A stretch of DNA of 64,000 nucleotides from NCBI GenBank assembly GCA_030141605.1, contig JAQGDQ010001069.1, forward strand, positions 1 to 64,000, given 5' to 3'. A program made the position numbers and the translations under genes. This document shows, piece after piece, positions 59,776-64,000 of the stretch. Position 1 is the first letter of the stretch. Each line of letters begins with the position of its first letter. The DNA is from Tubiluchus corallicola (Eukaryota; Animalia; Priapulida). Under the pieces are notes generated by a model. It had not been told where the DNA came from and ran no database searches. It saw only the letters and a list, made by a program, of their open reading frames with translations.

Positions 59776-62515
59776 CAGATTTTATTAACTTTTGCGGCAA
59801 TTAATTAATACTCGGTTGTCACGGGTTCATTAATTAGCTAATATATACGCTATGTTCACTAGATGCTTTAGATACATGCATTATGGTAAATACTTGTAAT
59901 GGGTGACATAATAATATGATTTAAGACCATCTATACCAAGATTACATATAGTCTAACAATGCACTGTTAATTGTTACACTATCTACTGGTTAAAGGTAAA
60001 ACCTTGTGATGGAAATCTCTAATTTCAAAAGTGGCTGTAAATTCTGAAAAACACGTAATGTTTTGTAGCAGCTTTAGTTTGATGGTAAGAGAGTAATAAT
60101 CTTGCAGTAAAGATGCATTTTAATGGTGTCATATGGAGGTAGTAATAAAATGTAAGGTATAGTTGGTCCTATTGTCAAAAAAGCTGTCTCACGAATAATG
60201 GCTTGAGTACACAAGACTTTGTTTTTTATAAGTGAAAAAGAAAATTTCATGTTTTTCCTTGTTCATGTTCATTCCTGTGCTGATAAACTGAACTTGTTTT
60301 TTTGCGGTGACGTTTGGCTTACTATGTATGTCATTACTAAAATATTGTATGCAAATGACCGCACGAATTACTAGTGTAATTTAATAATTATAATTCTAAT
60401 GACTCTATAATTTATTTATTAGTGTCATCTAATATAATGATAAATGTGCTGGCCTTTTTAGGCTCATTTTTTTGGTTTTATATGGAGCTTTCATAAATAT
60501 TTAGTAACAATTCTAGCACAATGGCTTGCCTGTTTATGTTGAAACTTATAGTGATACTGTTGTAGATGTGAAGTGAACGATTTTTAGATAATCAGATAAT
60601 GACGAAATTGTATTCCTCTTTACTTTTGTGCGATACGTTAGTCTCGTTATGCACTGTATGTAATTAATTTATTGTTAAGAAAATTCCAATTATTACTTTG
60701 CTTTAGTTTGCTAATGGTATAATGTATTTCTTTTAATGTGTCCTGAAACGCTGAAGACCTTGACTTATTGTAGGATTTACCGTGTGTTAAAATTTGCTTG
60801 TGATGAAATTGTTTATATGTGATTAAAAGCTATGTAATTAAAGAAGACAAATGTGAATGTTATACAGTTAAAAAAATGCACTAGGTTTCAATAAAGCTTG
60901 GTGCCAAACTTATTCGGCAGGCTTTCGATTAGATGAAAATTTAATTTATTTTCACTTTAGCTGATTCGTGTGCTACGATTTTTTTCAGGCTAGTCCTTTA
61001 ATGGTGGCCATGTTTATTTGTAGCTCAAGTTTTACTTTTTCTCAAATTAATGAGAATTCTACATACAATTCAAGTCTAGATAATGAAAATTCACTGACCT
61101 ATCATTAATTATGTGAATGATACAAATTTCGTAAAGAGTTTTTTTGGTGAATGTCCTGTATGAAAATTCACTGACCTTGCCGTTTTAGTCATTCTTTGCA
61201 ACTTTAGAAGTCAGGTTTTGTGTTAAGATTTTTATGTTAAATATTAGGCCTCTGGATCTATCCAGAAGTCACTGTCTCGAAATATCACATTTTCTTGTTT
61301 ATACTCATGTTGTCAGTTTTTATATATAGAGTTAATCGTAGGAAAATATAGTCACCAGCCAATGAGTTTGTAATTGTTTTCTTAATTAGAAAACTCGATT
61401 TGGTTACGATTATAACAAATGCTGCTTTACAATAATTGTCAATGCCATCCATTAATATGTTACAACTAGAGGGAGTAACTTGGCTATATGTGAGCCTATG
61501 ATTTATTTTCAGTTTTTGCGTGACGTGTAATAAGTATATACTATAGATACACACACTGTAATTGAAAGTTTATACTAGCTGAGAATAGGTAATTAGATTT
61601 CTGGATCTCTAGCTATTTACAAACACATTTTCAATGTAATTTTTACCGCTTTGGAAAAACGTCAATGTTTGCTTATTTTTGCTGTGTCTATTTTTTCAAG
61701 TGTTTCGATATTAAATAATAGATTAAATTAGATTAGACTAATAAGTTATTTTGTGTGAAGTTGATAGATGATCATTAACTTGTTAATAGCTACATAATTA
61801 TTAATTTGTTACCATACATTTTCTTATACAACTTGTAACACATGTTTCATGATGAGTAACTGAGCTGATTTCACTACAGCTCCACTATAGATCTCAATTT
61901 CTTTTAAATAAAACTTTTATACATGTATTTTCAAACTTGTTAAAGTAATAAACTATACATAAATTAACACATTCATGTATTTGTAGTATAATTTGTTATC
62001 TTAGCAGTTTTAATAGAATAACACAAAATATTTTTCACACAAATCGGATAGATTTTAAACAAACTCACTTCTTCAGATTTTAATGTAAACTCATTGTACA
62101 GCAGTAAATTATGGTGGTGGCCTGTGTGAAACTGCCTGTGTAACGCTTAATTAAAATCATGAGACTGTAACCAAATTTTTCACATATTTGCTGAGCTACG
62201 CTAGTTCGAAACATCAAGAGAAATTTCTAAATTATGAATCATGAGTCAATAACCAAATTTTCTCAGAAAAGAGTACAAAATATGTCTACATGGGTTTTGC
62301 TGTGTTAGGCTAGTTTAAAAGATCACGCGGTGTTTTTAAATTGTGAATATCTTTGTAAAAATTGGGGCCTAGCGCCGTTATCTATAGTATGGTTTAAATG
62401 CACAGTACTGACACAACCAAAGTCATATCACATGCAGGCGCTTGATTGTGTAACGTCACTGGGACCCAGAATGAGCTCAGTTGTTTATCCTAGTAAGCCA
62501 AATGAAAATGTTCGT

Positions 62516-63528
62516 TCATGACATGAACGTTTTCATTCTCTTTTTTATTCGTTCTCTGCACACAGGACACTTATCGACTTGTTCAGAACAACCGTTACAA
62601 GTGACGAAATGTCCACATGGTAGAAAGGTGACCCCAAGCGGTTCGTCTAAGCAAATCTTGCAAAGTGTTTGCCCCTTCAGTTTCTCAATGTCCAAGTTCA
62701 TTTCTGCGAAAAAAAACGAAAATTATGCAAGACTTTAGCATGCAATTTCCGTAGTGTGGACTTGACACAACATTGGACCAATATTTTTTGGCAATATTTT
62801 TTCCAGATTGTGACAATGTGGTCCCAATATGGGAAAAAACATTGTCAAAAAATATTGGAACAATGTTGTCATAAGTCCACATTTGCATATTGCCCCAATA
62901 TTTGCAAAAAGTATTGTCACAACATTGTGGCAAGATTTTTCGTGCTGCCTGGGTTAGAGTTATGTAATGGTATGATTCGAAATGACTAATGTTCTGTGCA
63001 AGTTTTGTGGCTTTATAAACTAACCCTCTGCATGTGCGAGATAACATGAATTAAGAAAATACAGATGCTTAAGAAAACGCTATGCATATTAAAAGATTGA
63101 GCATATGCGTTCTCTTTACAAAGTTTTGTTATGACGCGTTGAGACGCAGAGAGTTCTCTCGCACTTCTCTCTGAGAGTAAGCTCACATGTGCGAACGGCT
63201 AGGTAACTTCTCTCGCAACTCATTGCAAACTCGGCGAGAGTAGCTGAGAATTCATGAGCAAGTTGACACTCTCAGGGAGAAGTTACGCAACACGAGTTGC
63301 GAGAGAACTCTTTGTGTCTGAAAGCGTTATTGCTATGTTAACTGCTAACAGCGTTATTACGAGTTCTACTAGAAGGATTTAATTTTGAAGGAAATTTACC
63401 ATGTAAGTTTGAAATTTGCCCTGCAGCCTCCACTTGAGGTTTTTTTCCTGGTCTCGGCGCAGTTGGTAAAGGTGGCGGTAACCTTTCTTCATCCATGTCC
63501 TCCAGAGCTTTTGTTGGGTCTGCAACAA
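62516..63528 (-). CDS. 3' exons of an IAP/BIRC-type C3HC4 RING E3 ligase (gene continues beyond these exons)
   Basis: Exon 63528-63400 (VADPTKALEDMDEERLPPPLPTAPRPGKKPQVEAAGQISNLH, phase 1/1) splices to 62703-62516 (EMNLDIEKLKGQTLCKICLDEPLGVTFLPCGHFVTCNGCSEQVDKCPVCRERIKKRMKTFMS*). The RING ending in TFMS resembles the cIAP/XIAP terminus. No BIR domain is visible in the window. Confidence 0.85.
62745..62953. repeat. MITE-like fragment with internal caatatt/acattgt repeats in the RING gene intron
   Basis: Repeated caatatt, acattgt and acaatgt motifs, ending in gtgctgcctggg (reverse complement CCCAGGCAGCAC, a terminus-like sequence). Confidence 0.5.
63132..63330. mobile_element. Short fold-back MITE in the RING gene intron
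   Basis: Left acgcgttgagacgcagagagttctctcgca pairs with right tgcgagagaactctttgtgtctgaaagcgt; internal ctctcgcaactc repeats. Confidence 0.75.
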
Positions 63529-64000
63529 CTAGAAAATAAAGCGACTATTGTGAAACCTTTATTTACGTTGCTTCTATGTAATTCTGAATATTTCTTGGTG
63601 TTTTGATTTGTTTACGTTCCTTGATGTAATAAATGACAACTACTCTGCAAAAATACACGTATTAATATGATAAAAGTTGATCAATCATATTAATATGATT
63701 AATATGATCTGCGGCAAAATGTTCCACTACAAAGGTGGCACGACGTTTTACTACTAGGGGCTAATAGCCAAGTAGTCACCGCGTGTGCTTTGCGAGAGTG
63801 CCTCCTTACCGCCTAGTTCGATACTCGAGCTGTGTGGTTTCGTGGCTGTATACCTGGAGATCACATACACATCCGAACGTGATATTATTAAAACACTGCA
63901 GCCGGTTCAATGTGTTTTTGTGGGATATGCTTGATAAAGATCCAAGCAGCGCGTCGCAACTGAATACTGGATTTTGGCTTGGAACGCTCCAGTCTGTATA

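Overview
AT-rich, intron-containing metazoan genomic DNA (probably a marine invertebrate; the taxon is inferred, not shown), so most entries in the ORF track are exon fragments or noise. By following GT-AG boundaries and reading frames by hand I reconstructed seven genes. Three are sigma-class glutathione S-transferases: the last exon of GST-A (+), complete GST-B (-, 210 aa) and complete GST-C (+, 203 aa). The others are DNA polymerase lambda (POLL, +, 12 coding exons, 570 aa), AUP1 (-, 12 coding exons, 396 aa, convergent with POLL), a 561-aa C2H2 protein (+) ending in an Ikaros/Hunchback-type dimerisation finger pair, and the 3' end of an IAP-type RING gene (-). Introns and spacers are rich in transposons: a 3.9-kb Mutator-like element with a perfect 9-bp target duplication and a frameshifted PHD-finger gene, hAT, pogo-like and Kolobok-like MITEs, LINE and SINE relics, and micro/minisatellites. 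I found no CRISPR array or prokaryotic system. The most notable items are the Mutator-PHD element, the zinc-finger protein with its probable bidirectional promoter shared with AUP1, and active-site divergence among the GST paralogues. Family assignments rest on motifs recalled from established knowledge; no database search was run.
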